From contig NC_042999.1 in NCBI RefSeq assembly GCF_006345805.1, forward strand, positions 23,684,001 to 23,748,000: a DNA stretch of 64,000 nucleotides, read 5' to 3'. The notes under the pieces were generated by a model. It worked only from the letters and a program-made list of their open reading frames with translations, did no database searches and was not told the origin of the DNA. Numbering within the stretch: position 1 is the first letter of the stretch; the number at the start of each line of letters is the position of its first letter. A program made the translations under genes and the position numbers. Positions 49,979 through 63,729 of this stretch are shown here, piece after piece. The DNA comes from Octopus sinensis (taxonomy: Eukaryota).

Positions 49979-52133
49979 CTGAAAATATTCATTACATAAA
50001 CTTGTAAACAATATATTATAAGCGCCTGAATAATGCTTAGAAAGTAAAACCATATTCTTGTATTTCATTCAGTCATAAGACGGCGGCCACGCTGGAGCAC
50101 CGCCTTAGTCGGACATATCGACACGAGGACTTATTCTTTGCAAGCCTAGTACTTACTCTATCGGTGTCTTCTGCAGAACCGCTAGGTTTCGAGAACGTAA
50201 AACACCAACATTGGTCATCAAGCGATAGTGGTGTGGGGGCGGGGGAGACAAACACAGACATACAAACATATACAAATATATGCATTTATATATACGACGG
50301 TCTTCTCTCAGTTTCCGTCTACCAAATCCACTCACAAGGATTTGGTCGGCCAGAGTCTATAGTAGAAGACAATTACCCAAGGTGCCACGCACTGGGACTG
50401 AACCCGAAACCATGCTGTTGGTTATCAAGCTACTTACCACGTAGCCTTTCCTGCGCCTCTGTGAAATTTATATTCGAAATATTCGTCTATTACCATCATC
50501 AGCGTCGTTACCCCCACCACCAACATCATTCTCATACGCATTATCATAATTATTATCATGCTCATCAGGTAACATGTTCGTATTATTATTATTATTGTTT
50601 ATTATTATTATTATTTTTATTAAGGCTAGGAGTTGGAAAAATCGTTAGCACGCTGGACGAAATGTCTAGCGGTATTTCGTCTGCCGATACGGTCTGAGTT
50701 CAAATTTCGCAAGGTCGACTTTACCTTTCATCCTTTCGGGGTCGATTAAGTATGTACCAGTTACGCACAGGAGTCCATATAATCGACTTAATCCGTTTGT
50801 CTGTCTTGCTTGTCCTCTCTGTGTTTAGCCCCTTATGGGTAGTAAAGAAATAGAAATAGGCATTTCGCCCGTCGCTACGTTCTGAGTTCAAATTCCTCCA
50901 AGTTCGACTTCGCCTTTCATAATTTCGGGGCCAATTAAATAAGCACTCGATACGTACTGGGATCGATGTAATCGACTTAATCCCTCCCCCACATTTGAGG
51001 CCTCGTAATTCCACTAAAATGCATTATTATTATTAATATTATTACTACTATTTTTATTATTCATTCGTAACATAGTTTAGGTAAAAATTGCACTGGAATC
51101 GTTAGTAATCTGTGAAGTCACAAGTAGGACCTCAGACAGATATTACTTCGTTAAGATGTGCCCTGTGCCCAATAAACCTGCAAGACATCAATCTTGCGTG
51201 GGACTTCCAGTTACCTTAATATGTTTTGAAGTTTCAATGGGATTGACCCCAGCGATCCGATCACCACTCGTATCACTTTCACATTACCCTCCCGCACTCC
51301 ATAAAGTCTTGCCATTTCCACTTTCTATTCGAAGTACTTGGTGATATTTTCCACTTCTTTACTCACAACATTCATGTCATTTGGTATGGCTTCTTCAATG
51401 ATCTGACAGTATTTGTCTCCCTTATTCAATATGACGATATCCGGACGACGGTGTTCGATTACACGATCCAACTGAAAATCAGAATCTCAGAGTATCGTTA
51501 CTTTTTCATCCTCCCGCATAACCTTATTTCATACAAACTTATACTAGTTCTCTGTTACTTCAGTTTGGTATTGACAGCATGAAAGTCAATGAAGATACAC
51601 ACACGCGTTATCGTGGAGGCCCTTGTATTCTTTTTGTGCAAGGCTCTCATATCCACTTACCAAGTGAGTCATATTTTCCACACACTTTCCACAGAGTCTG
51701 CATTTCTGGGCATCAGAAGTTTTACAGATGCTATACTTCACTGAATTGGTAGCGAGAGCCTGGTCTTGTGCACCAATGATCAGGCTTTCGGTGGTACGCT
51801 TCGAATCATCTCGCTCAATCCATTCCCACGATGCTGTATAATAATACGTCTTATGTATTCCTTTCAAACTGTCCATACATTCTCATTTCAGGAAGGTCAT
51901 CTTTTCTCTTCTCAGTTCTTTGGTTAAACTCTTCCTTGCCCATCATTTCATCTGCATTTACACCCATATATCTTTCGCCTCATATTGCAGCAGGTCTTCA
52001 TCACTATTTATCAAATACTCGGCAAGCGTTCTCCTTTCACTCCTTATACCCACACCCCGTCGGGTTCACCCATAGACTCTCCTGATGGTAACAGCACGCA
52101 CAAACATATATGCGTGTGTCTCAGTGTGTCTCA

Positions 52134-52164
<31 letters not shown>

Positions 52165-53129
52165 CTTGAGTAATGCTTTGCAGCATTTCGTCTGCATCTA
52201 GGTTCTCAGTTCAAATTCCGCCGAGGTTGTCTTTGTCTTTCACCCTTTCCGGGTCGATTAAACAAGTGCCAGTTACCCACTGGGGTTGATGTAATCAACA
52301 TAATCCCGTTCCCCAAATTTCAGGTTTTGTGCTAAAAGGATAATTTCAAATACATAACTATTGAGTGCCATGTAGAAAGAATCGATCTTTGAGGAATTAA
52401 TGTTTCAGTTTTATTAAAATCAAATTGTTTCATAGGAGTTACAGGCGATTGTTCTCATATTCAAAATTGATCATTATTTTGTAAAGTTTAAACTATGCGT
52501 TAAAATATTCAACTTTCTATTCTTCATATCTCACCGACAATCATCGCCTTATTCTGTTCAAAGAGATTTTAACCCAATATTTGCATTCTGTTATTTATAT
52601 CTGATGCTCAGGCAACGAACTTGCAAAATTGTTACTTCGCCGGGCGGAATCGTTACTGCGCTGAGTTCAAATTCTGCAGTGGTTGAATTTGGCTTTCATT
52701 CTCTCAGAGCTGATGAAAAAAGTACCAGTTGAGCACTTGGGCTGACGTTATCCACTTTCCTCCCACAAAATTTGTGGCGATCTGCCAAAATTTGTAACCA
52801 TTATTATAAAAATTAAGCCGGAGAGCTGGTTCAATCGTTTCTTCACTGGAAGCAATGCTTAGCAGAATTTCGTCCATAGTGGCATTTTGGATCCAGATTC
52901 CGCGCAGATCAACTTTGCTTTTCATTCTTATCGAATCAATAAAACAAGTACTACCTGAAGACTGGTCTCCATTTTATCAACTTACCATGTCACTTTAAAT
53001 TATTGGGTTTCGACAGAAATTTCAAAAGTGTATTACAATTATACTTGAAAACAATGAAGAAGAAAATATTTGTCTAAAATTACCAGTTCAGTGAAAATAG
53101 ATTAATGATAATTTAAAAACTTTACTCAC

Positions 53130-53313
53130 CAGTGTGAACACACTTTCCCTTATGAAGAATGAAATTTTCGTTACAAACACAGGCATATTTCCCTCTTTCA
53201 ATTCCGCAGTGGCTGTTTTCACCACAAGGAGTGATATCTTCTGTTACGATTTCGTTACCAGGTTTACATATTTTCTTTGTTTTACAATCTGCTGATATAA
53301 TTTCCTCATTAAC
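53130..53313 (-). CDS. Gene B exon, TILa/EGF-like (block III)
   Basis: 184 nt, open frame. Confidence 0.9.
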
Positions 53314-53761
53314 CTGTAGGTAAAATTCAATAAATTAGAACCTTATTATACCAGTGTATATTTATGGACTGAACGTTTGATGAAACTTTAAAATATTCCA
53401 GTAGAATATTGAGGGTATTTCTAAGACTGAAGCTCAAAGCCTCATTTTATCACGGATGGTAATACATTAGAATACGCTATCATTGATATTCCTACTTTAA
53501 TTTCTGTTAGTGTAACACATACAGAGCTTTTATATAAAGAAAATATACATCGTGACCAGATGGTCGGTTCCAAAGTAAACACGAACAGTAATTAATTTAA
53601 TAAATGATAACCTATCCATATCTTTTATGCCTAATGGTATTTATTATACAGCCCAAAGTCTGTCTGAGTCTGTGTATATGTGTGTCTATGTGTGTGTGCG
53701 TGCGCGCGTGTATTAGTATCTATTTTTATCTATGTATACAAATTTTCATACAGTATTTTAC

Positions 53762-53952
53762 CTTCATATATATCTTGTTGTCGATACAACCGCATTCTGT
53801 TTCAGGTACACACTGTTCACCACTCAGAATAAAGCCTTGTCTACAAACACAACCTTGACTTGAACCTGTGCACATCGGTGATCTATTAGCGCACGAAGGT
53901 TGGCAGCTGCTAGTCTTGTGTTGAAATTCTTCATTTTCCTTGCATTTCATCG
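53762..53952 (-). CDS. Gene B exon, TIL (block III)
   Basis: 191 nt, open frame. Confidence 0.92.
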
Positions 53953-54768
53953 CTGAAATAAAATACAATGGAGAATCAATAGAGAATCACAGCAAACAGG
54001 CATATCCTTGTAAGTAACAAATATTCATGAGGAACACAGTAACTATGTCAATAATAGATAAAGCTTCTCTGTTCATCATATTCTGCTGAAATATATCACT
54101 TCAGTGCAGTATTTTGCAAATCAATCAAAATATCAAATATTTGTCTGAAAATTTATGTATAAGACAAGAAACAGGGATGGATCTAATTCGAAAGTAATAA
54201 TCAACTTAAATACTAATAAATACATATCAAATCTACCAAGTCTCTACAATATATCGAGGAAGAATTGTGTCGCGTATTCAGTAAGGTTTGTTAAAAATAA
54301 AGGCTGAAATCTATTCGCAAATTTCTTAAGCAATGCACTTGGAGGCATTTCAGAATTCTATGCTTCGTTATATATACATACAGAAATACGAGGTCTGATC
54401 ACTAAGTATCCGGGCTGTTGCGATAGTAACGAAGCTAAACCACGTAGACTGAAGCCGCTTGGCAGGAATTCACCTTCGACTCGGTTGTGCATGCGCATGA
54501 AGTTTTAAAGTTCTAGCTCACTTCTGCTGTTTACAGTAGTTCTCGGAATGGACGCGTGTAACATATGATTGTCGCATTGACCATGCCAGAGAAAGTTGTC
54601 ATAGTGATACCAGGTCAGAGGTCGACGGAAAGTTGCAGAAAGTGTACGGACTGCGGAAAAACGTACGATGTGGTCCAGATATTTGCTTTGGCTTCGTTAC
54701 TATAGCATCAGATGTAATGCGCCATTTATCATGTTTCTAGAGGAATGTAAAGAAACAGTAAATCTTAC

Positions 54769-55036
54769 GGCATTGTGATATTTCTCTCCAATTAACGAAA
54801 ATTCCCACAGTTTCGCATTCTGTAGCAAAACCTTCAATGATTTGACAGAAAACAGAGTGGTGGTTCGTAGGATCATGTGATAACTACAGACATCGATTCT
54901 ACAAGACTCCAAGTATTCTTCTAGACGCGAAGCTCCGATCTTTTCAATGCAGGCTTCAAAGATTTTGTCATTCATGAAATCACATTCTTTTGTCTGCTCC
55001 TTTGAACAAGTCGAATTAACATCATTCACTTTGCAT
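54769..55036 (-). CDS. Gene B exon, C8 (block III; 1-bp deletion near 54876)
   Basis: 268 nt vs 269 (gatcatgtg vs gatcattgtg). Confidence 0.82.
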
Positions 55037-56484
55037 CTGAAAATAAAAATAGAAAGCGAAATGATGACGTTAAGAATAATTGTTATGATTTATGATTTCT
55101 CATTTGCTAACTAGAAACCATGCGTATTTTCTGAGTAAAAACTTACTGGTGAGTTAATCAATTATGATTCACATCTCTCTACTTTCGTTAGCGTCTGATG
55201 TACAACAAAATTCCAGATGTCAAATATTCCCTACATCTAAAATGTTACCAAATCATCTAAGATTGTTAACTCATTTCTTGCCTTATATATAAAAACAGAA
55301 ACAGATAAACAAACCATATGTAAATCACACATGCGCGCATTCTTTGATCGTAGGTCAGCTCGATCAGAACAATCGATTTCTTTCTCTACTCTAGGCACAA
55401 GGCCCGAAATTTTTGGACAGGGGCCAATCGATTAGATCAACTCCATTATGCAACTGGTACTTAATGTATCGACCCTGAAAGGATGAAAGGCAAAGTCGAC
55501 CTCGGCGGAAATTCCGTAACACATTTCCTCCGCTTTGACTGAAAACTTTCAAAGTTAAAGCATAAATAATTATTTCTACGACAGACACAAAATCTGAGGT
55601 TTGAGAGGAAGGAGTAAGTCGGTTTCATCTCGATTTCTACTTCCTTTATCGAGTCTGCACGGATGAAAAGCAAATATGTCTTCGTCAACGTTTCAACGCA
55701 GAACGCAAAACGCCGACAGAAATAATACTAAACATTTTGATGTGTGCCGTAACGGAAACTATTTTTATTTATGGCTGACCACCTTAAATAACCATGCTTC
55801 AAAATTTCAGCACAATACCAGCGGTTTATCGGTATGGGTGCTAATCGAAAACATCGACCTAGTTTTGACTGGTAATTTTATCGACCCCAAAATCAGAACG
55901 TATGGAACCCAAGGGAACGCCGCTAATCATTTTTACCACGCTCTAAACATTCTTCCAACTCACTCATTAACTGTTCTCTATTAGTTTTATAACCCATAAA
56001 AGTGACTCAATAACTGCCCATGGGCATATAGCGTAATAGTTAAGAGCGCGGGCTTCTAATTCCAAGTTGCGAATTCAATTCCTTTGAATAATCAGAAGAA
56101 GAAGAAGAAGAAGAAGAAGAAGAAGAAGAAGAAGAAGAAGAAGAAGAAGGAGAAGAAGAAGAAGAAGAAGAAGAAGAAGAAGAAGAAGAAGAAGAAGAAG
56201 AAGAAAAAGATGAAGAAGAAGAGGACAACAACAACAATCACAACAAAAAAATCAGCAAAAAAATCCCTCGGAATGAGAACCCAGGGTTCAAAATTCTACG
56301 AAAACGTTGTGGTAACAACAAACAAAATCAGGACACAATAATCACAGATTAACGTGAAAACAGCTAAATCTTGATAATAAAACATAATACTGTGGCATAT
56401 TCATTGCGCCATTTGATATACTATCAACAATTTGCATATTTTTTATTCACGATTTTAGAGTTTGAGAAAGAAAATAATCATTAC

Positions 56485-56792
56485 TTTGTTTCGGGTTTAT
56501 CACTGTCGTCTTCAACTTGGTAACTGGCACCAATTGAAGAAAATTTATTTGCTTTCTGAGAAACATCTTCACCAGATTTCGTACGGAAGTCGTCTTTTTC
56601 TCCGTTACAATCTCCACAGATTCCAGTCAGTTGATCGGCAAATATTGGTGGTAATGTAACAGTGACTCTGTGTCTACCATCAAACATGACCTTCAAACCC
56701 CATTCAGTGGTAACTGTAATCCACCCGACAGAGTACGTGGCTGAAAACTCTTTATAATTTCTTACGGGTAACGATTTCTCTTCTGAATTTAT
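56485..56792 (-). CDS. Gene B exon, VWD C-half (block III)
   Basis: 308 nt, open, phase 0-2. Confidence 0.92.
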
Positions 56793-57687
56793 CTGAAAAT
56801 TAAATTTAAGAAAATAGGACAGGTATGCAAATCAAGTTATTGTCTTTATATATAAATCATGGATTATTTTCAAAATTTTACTTGTTTCAGTCATTGGACT
56901 TGGCCATGCTGGGGCACCACCTTCAAGAGTTTACTAGAGTAAGTCCACCAACGTGTATTTTTCATTTTATATCCAGTACTTACCCTATCCCCTCCTTTTG
57001 CCGAACCACTAAGTTACGTAGACGTAAACTCATCTGAACAGAAATATCACTTCTATAATACATTTGGCTCTCTTTATAATTTGGTCACATTAGTATATAC
57101 TTAAGAGGATGGAAATTATAATGCAATTGACAAGCCCTCGCTCCTTTCATTAAAAAATATAACATATCAACATCTTCTGAAAGCCAAATATCTATGAATT
57201 ACTCACACTGTCTTGTGGAAGCGACGATTATTGGAAAAAAGAGGCCGTTTTGTCAGCTAGTGAGTGCTTATATCCGACCCGCTGAAAAACAGTTTGTTAG
57301 CATCTCACCGATTGAAGAGGGTCTCTTATGTTCAGTTGTTTGGCAAACGCTAAAATCCGTCATTAATCATATTGTATTAACGAGGATTAATTCCACATTT
57401 TATGAATGATTTTATATCTAATTTAATACGTAAATATCTTCAGTATTATGTTATTGATTCCATATATTAAACATTACGATTACGTCTTTCATTTAGTTCC
57501 ATTTTCAATTTTTTTCTAAGTCTACGATTTAAATTTGTTTCATTGCATTATATCTTCGTTTCGTTTCTTGGTTTCAGTTATTAGAAGCTTGGCATTCGAA
57601 AATACAACTCGACCTGCAAAGTAATACTGTGGATGATTATTACACATTTACACAAGTATAGAGTGAAGAGAGACAAAACGTACGTAC

Positions 57688-57935
57688 CAAGATTTTGTTA
57701 GCTGGCAACAGACGAATTGTGAAATCAGTGAGTTTGACATCCACTAAACGTGTGCAAGATATACGGTTATTCCCTCGGTGTTCGTTCTTTACTTCAACAG
57801 AAAAGTAGGTATTATTCGGTCCCTTCTTAATAGTAGCCAGTGTATATTTGCATGTGCCCATGAAATGTATCATTTGTCCATCGAACGCTCTGTAGTGAGG
57901 GTCACCAGACACTTTACATATACATGGTTTCAAAG
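57688..57935 (-). CDS. Gene B exon, VWD N-half with GDPH (block III)
   Basis: 248 nt, open, phase 1-0. Confidence 0.92.
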
Positions 57936-60900
57936 CTGAAAATATTCATTACATAAACTTGTAAACAATATATTATAAGCGCCTGAATAATGCTTAGAAA
58001 GTAAAACCATATTCTTGTATTTCATTCAGTCATAAGACGGCGGCCACGCTGGAGCACCGCCTTTAGTCGGACATATCGACACGAGGACTTATTCTTTGCA
58101 AGCCTAGTACTTACTCTATCGGTGTCTTCTGCAGAACCGCTAGGTTTCGAGAACGTAAACACACCAACATTGGTCATCAAGCGATAGTGTGTGTGGGGGC
58201 GGGGAGACAAACACAGACATACAAACATATACAAATATATGCATTTATATATACGACGGTCTTCTCTCAGTTTCCGTCTACCAAATCCACTCACAAGGAT
58301 TTGGTCGGCCAGAGTCTATAGTAGAAGACAATTACCCAAGGTGCCACGCACTGGGACTGAACCCGAAACCATGCTGTTGGTTATCAAGCTACTTACCACG
58401 TAGCCTTTCCTGCGCCTCTGTGAAATTTATATTCGAAATATTCGTCTATTACCATCATCAGCGTCGTTACCCCCACCACCAACATCATTCTCATACGCAT
58501 TATCATAATTATTATCATGCTCATCAGGTAACATGTTCGTATTATTATTATTATTGTTATTATTATTATTATTTTTATTAAGGCTAGGAGTTGGAAAAAT
58601 CGTTAGCACGCTGGACGAAATGTCTAGCGGTATTTCGTCTGCCGATACGGTCTGAGTTCAAATTTCGCCAAGGTCGACTTTACCTTTCATCCTTTCGGGG
58701 TCGATTAAGTATGTACCAGTTACGCACAGGAGTCCATATAATCGACTTAATCCGTTTGTCTGTCCTTGCTTGTCCTCTCTGTGTTTAGCCCCTTATGGGT
58801 AGTAAAGAAATAGAAATAGGCATTTCGCCCGTCGCTACGTTCTGAGTTCAAATTCCTCCAAGTTCGACTTCGCCTTTCATAATTTCGGGGCCAATTAAAT
58901 AAGCACTCGATACGTACTGGGATCGATGTAATCGACTTAATCCCTCCCCCACATTTGAGGCCTCGTAATTCCACTAAAATGCATTATTATTATTAATATT
59001 ATTACTACTATTTTTATTATTCATTCGTAACATAGTTTAGGTAAAAATTGCACTGGAATCGTTAGTAATCTGTGAAGTCACAAGTAGGACCTCAGACAGA
59101 TATTACTTTCGTTAAGATGTGCCCTGTGCCCAATAAACCTGCAAGACATCAATCTTGCGTGGGACTTCCAGTTACCTTAATATGTTTTGAAGTTTCAATG
59201 GGATTGACCCCAGCGATCCGATCACCACTCGTATCACTTTCACATTACCCTCCCGCACTCCATAAAGTCTTGCCATTTCCACTTTCTATTCGAAGTACTT
59301 GGTGATATTTTCCACTTCTTTACTCACAACATTCATGTCATTTGGTATGGCTTCATCAATGATCTGACAGTATTTGTCTCCCTTATTCAATATGACGATA
59401 TCCGGACGACGGTGTTCGATTACACGATCCAACTGAAAATCAGAATCTCAGAGTATCGTTACTTTTTCATCCTCCCGCATAACCTTATTTCATACAAACT
59501 TATACTAGTTCTCTGTTACTTCAGTTTGGTATTGACAGCATGAAAGTCAATGAAGATACACACACGCGTTATCGTGGAGGCCTTGTATTCTTTTTGTGCA
59601 AGGCTCTCATATCCACTTACCAAGTGAGTCATATTTTCCACACTCTTTCCACAGAGTCTGCATTTCTGGGCATCAGAAGTTTTACAGATGCTATACTTCA
59701 CTGAATTGGTAGCGAGAGCCTGGTCTTGTGCACCAATGATCAGGCTTTCGGTGGTACGCTTCGAATCATCTCGCTCAATCCATTCCCACGATGCTGTATA
59801 ATAATACGTCTTATGTATTCCTTTCAAACTGTCCATACATTCTCATTTCAGGAAGGTCATCTTTTCTCTTCTCAGTTCTTTGGTTAAACTCTTTCTTGCC
59901 CATCATTTCATCTGCATTTACACAAAGTCTTTAGCGGCTTATGGCAGCAGGTCTTCATCACTATTTATCAAATACTCGGCAAGCGTTCTCCTTTCACTCC
60001 TTATACCCACACCCCGTCGGGTTCACCCATAGACTCTCCTGATGGTAACAGCACGCACAAACATATATGCGTGTGTCTCAGTGTGTCTCAGTGTGTGTGT
60101 GTGTGCGTGTGTGTGCGTGCTTGAGTAATGCTTTGCAGCATTTCGTCTGCATCTAGGTTCTCAGTTCAAATTCCGCCGAGGTTGTCTTTGCCTTTCACCC
60201 TTTCCGGGTCGATTAAACAAGTGCCAGTTACCCACTGGGGTTGATGTAATCAACATAATCCCGTTCCCCAAATTTCAGGTTTTGTGCTAAAAGGATAATT
60301 TCAAATACATAACTATTGAGTGCCATGTAGAAAGAATCGATCTTTGAGGAATTAATGTTTCAGTTTTATTAAAATCAAATTGTTTCATAGGAGTTACAGG
60401 CGATTGTTCTCATATTCAAAATTGATCATTATTTTGTAAAGTTTAAACTATGCGTTAAAATATTCAACTTTCTATTCTTCATATCTCACCGACAATCATC
60501 GCCTTATTCTGTTCAAAGAGATTTTAACCCAATATTTGCATTCTGTTATTTATATCTGAAGCTTGCGCAACGAACTTGCAGATTTGTTACTGCGCCGGGC
60601 AGAATCGTTACTGCGCTGAGTTCAAATGCCGCAGTAGTCGAATTTGACTTTCATTCTTTCAGAGCTGATGAAAAAAGTACCAGTTGAGCACTTGGGCTGA
60701 CGTTATCCTCTTACCTCCTCCCACGAAATTTGTAGTGATCTGCCAAAATTTGTAACCATTATTATAAAAATTAAGCCAGAGAGCTGGTTCAATCGTTTTT
60801 TACCGAAAGAAATGCTTAGCAGAATTTCGTCCATCTTGGCATATTGGATCCAGATTCCGCGCAGATCAACTTTGCTTTTCATTCTTATCGAATCGATAAA

Positions 60901-61087
60901 ACAAGTACTACCTGAAGACTGGTCTCCATTTTATCAACTTACCATGTCACTTCAAATTATTGGGTTTCGACAGAAATTTCAAACGTGTATTATAATTATA
61001 CTTGAAAACAACGAAGAACAAATTATTTGTTTAAAATTACCAGTTCAGTGAAAATGCATTAATGATAATTATAAAACCTTTACTCAC

Positions 61088-61270
61088 CAGCGTGAACACA
61101 CTTTTCGTTCTGAAGAATGAAATTTTCGTTACAAACACATGCATACTTCTCTCTTTGAATTCCGCAATGGCTATTTCACCACAAGGAATGATATTTTCGG
61201 TTACTATTTCGTTACCAGGTTTACATATTTTCTTTGTTTTACAATCTGCTGATACAATTTCCTCATGAAC
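61088..61270 (-). CDS. Gene B exon, TILa/EGF-like (upstream-most; 1-bp deletion near 61175)
   Basis: 183 nt vs 184; gacag|GTT CAT GAG..|gtgagt; upstream intron unrelated to the other blocks. Confidence 0.75.
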
Positions 61271-61580
61271 CTGTCGGTGCATGCATGCATATATGTATGC
61301 ATGTATGTATGTATGTATGTATGCATGTATGCATGTATGTATGCATGTATGTATGTATGTATGTATGTATGCATGTATGCATGTATGTATGTATGCATGC
61401 ATGTATGTATGTATATATGTATATATGTATGTGCATAAATATAAAACTTCAAAATGGCATACTAAAAACATTTTTACTTATGTATGTATGTATGTATTTA
61501 TGTATGTATGTATTTATCTATGTACGTACGTATGCATGTATGTATGTAGGTACCTATGTGAGTATATATGTATGCATGTG

Positions 61581-61658
<78 letters not shown>

Positions 61659-61683
61659 TTTGAGTGTGTACGTAAATATATAT

Positions 61684-61745
<62 letters not shown>

Positions 61746-61899
61746 ACATAAATACATAAATACATACATACATACATACATACATACATACATAATTTAA
61801 AATAATAGGGGTGAAAAATTGGATATTAATCTGATAAACATCAATTTAAAACCAGTGGTTTAGCATATTAAAATCTGAATGTTCAGAAAATTGTATTAC

Positions 61900-62350
61900 A
61901 TATATATGAGAGGTATGAGCACTATGTGGACAACCCTTATGCTAGATATAGATCCATTGTGGTCTTACCACTAAGAAATGTTCTCAAAAAGATTTAGCAA
62001 ACATCAGAAAGTAAGCGAGCAAGACAAAAAAAAGTAACAAAAATATAGAAAAACCATAAAAATGTGATATATAATTTGCAATATATAATATGTAGAATAA
62101 ATTCTTTAGATTTTTTGTTAAACCTTTTACTATTTAATCATTTCCAATGTAATTAGCATTTATACAAAAAATGTTTTTAACACAGTGTTTGTGGTTAATC
62201 TACATTTTGTTTCTTTTCATTTGTCTTGCTCGCTTACGTTCTGGTGTTTGCTCAAGTTTCTTGAGAATATTTCTTAGTGGTAAGACCATACCGGATCTAC
62301 TGCTAGCATAAGGGTTGTCCACACAGCGGTCGTCACTTTCATATGTACAT
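61900..62350. repeat. Imperfect inverted repeat (about 140 bp arms, about 165 bp spacer)
   Basis: gtggacaacccttatgctag..ggtcttaccactaagaaat..gtaagcgagcaagacaaa occurs in both orientations. Confidence 0.8.
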
Positions 62351-62400
62351 ATATATAATATATATATACATATACATACATACACACATATATATATATA

Positions 62401-62673
62401 TACTTAATAATTAGGGTTCAGCCAAGATTTGCTTAACCACATACCGAAGTTTAGAAATAGCAGCCAAAACCTTAGCAATTTCTTCTACTTTAAAAAGGGA
62501 CTCCCAGAGAAACCAAAATACTTGAAAACAATCCATTGTGGATTGTTTTCAAGTATTTTGGTTTCTCTGGGAGTCCCTTTTTAAAGTAGAAGAAATTGCT
62601 AAGGTTTTGGCTGCTATTTCTAAACTTCGGTATGTGGTTAAGCAAATCTTTGCTGAACCCTAATTATTAAGTA
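62401..62673. repeat. 273-bp near-perfect palindrome
   Basis: 135-bp arms (62401-62535 and 62539-62673), 3-nt loop TTG, one mismatch (62423/62651), TA at both ends. Confidence 0.95.
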
Positions 62674-62957
62674 TTACTTAAGTTTTTTTTCATGCCAAAT
62701 TCTACTTGGTGAAATTATTGATTACTTCTTAATTAATTAATTTTACCCTTTGTTATTATATATATATATACAATTGTTTGTTTGTTTCCCACCTGCCTTC
62801 ATCTTTTGTCTATTTTCATAAAGCTTCCCGTTATATATATATATATATATTTTTTTTTTTTTGTAGCTTATTAAAGATGTCCTCGTACGAAACGATCGTA
62901 CCGAGATTTTAATCCATTCTTGTTGCTTTTTTCCTATATATATATATATATATATAG

Positions 62958-63016
<59 letters not shown>

Positions 63017-63415
63017 GGCGCAGGAGTGGCTGTGTTGTAAGTAGCTTGCTAACCAACCACATGGTTCCGGGTTCAGTCCCACTGCGTGGCATCTTGGGCA
63101 AGTGTCTTCTACTTTAGCCCCGGGCCGACCAATGCCTTGTGAGTGGATTTGGTAGACGGAAACTGAAAGAAGCCTGTCGTATATATATGTATGTGTGTGT
63201 GTGTGTGTGTGTGTTTGTGTGTCTGTGTTTGTCCCCCTAGCATTACTTGACAACCGATGCTGGTGTGTTTACGTCCCCGTTACTTAGCGGTTCGGCAAAA
63301 GAGACCGATAGAATAAGTACTGGGCTTACAAAGAATAAGTCCCGGGGTCGATTTGTTCAACTAAAGGCGGTGCTCCAGCATGCCCGCAGTCAAATGACTG
63401 TAACAAGTAAAAGAG

Positions 63416-63478
<63 letters not shown>

Positions 63479-63682
63479 ATTTATTTATATATATATAAAG
63501 ATAGATAGATAGATAGATAGATAGGCGCAGGAGTGGCTGTGTTGTAAGTAGCTTGCTAACCAACCACATGGTTGCGGGTTCAGTCCCACTGCGTGGCATC
63601 TTGGGCAAGTGTCTTCTGCTATAGCCCCAGGCCGACCAATGCCTTGTGAGACGGAAACTGAAAGAAGCCTGTCGTATATATG

Positions 63683-63729
<47 letters not shown>

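Larger units (their letters stand above)
37557..61273 (-). repeat. Intragenic tandem array: three 7.0-8.1 kb five-exon blocks plus a partial fourth
   Basis: Exon spacings: TILa 7039/8129/7958, TIL 7041/8121, C8 7035/8125, VWD-C 8131/7943, VWD-N 8124/7957; introns are also duplicated. Confidence 0.95.
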
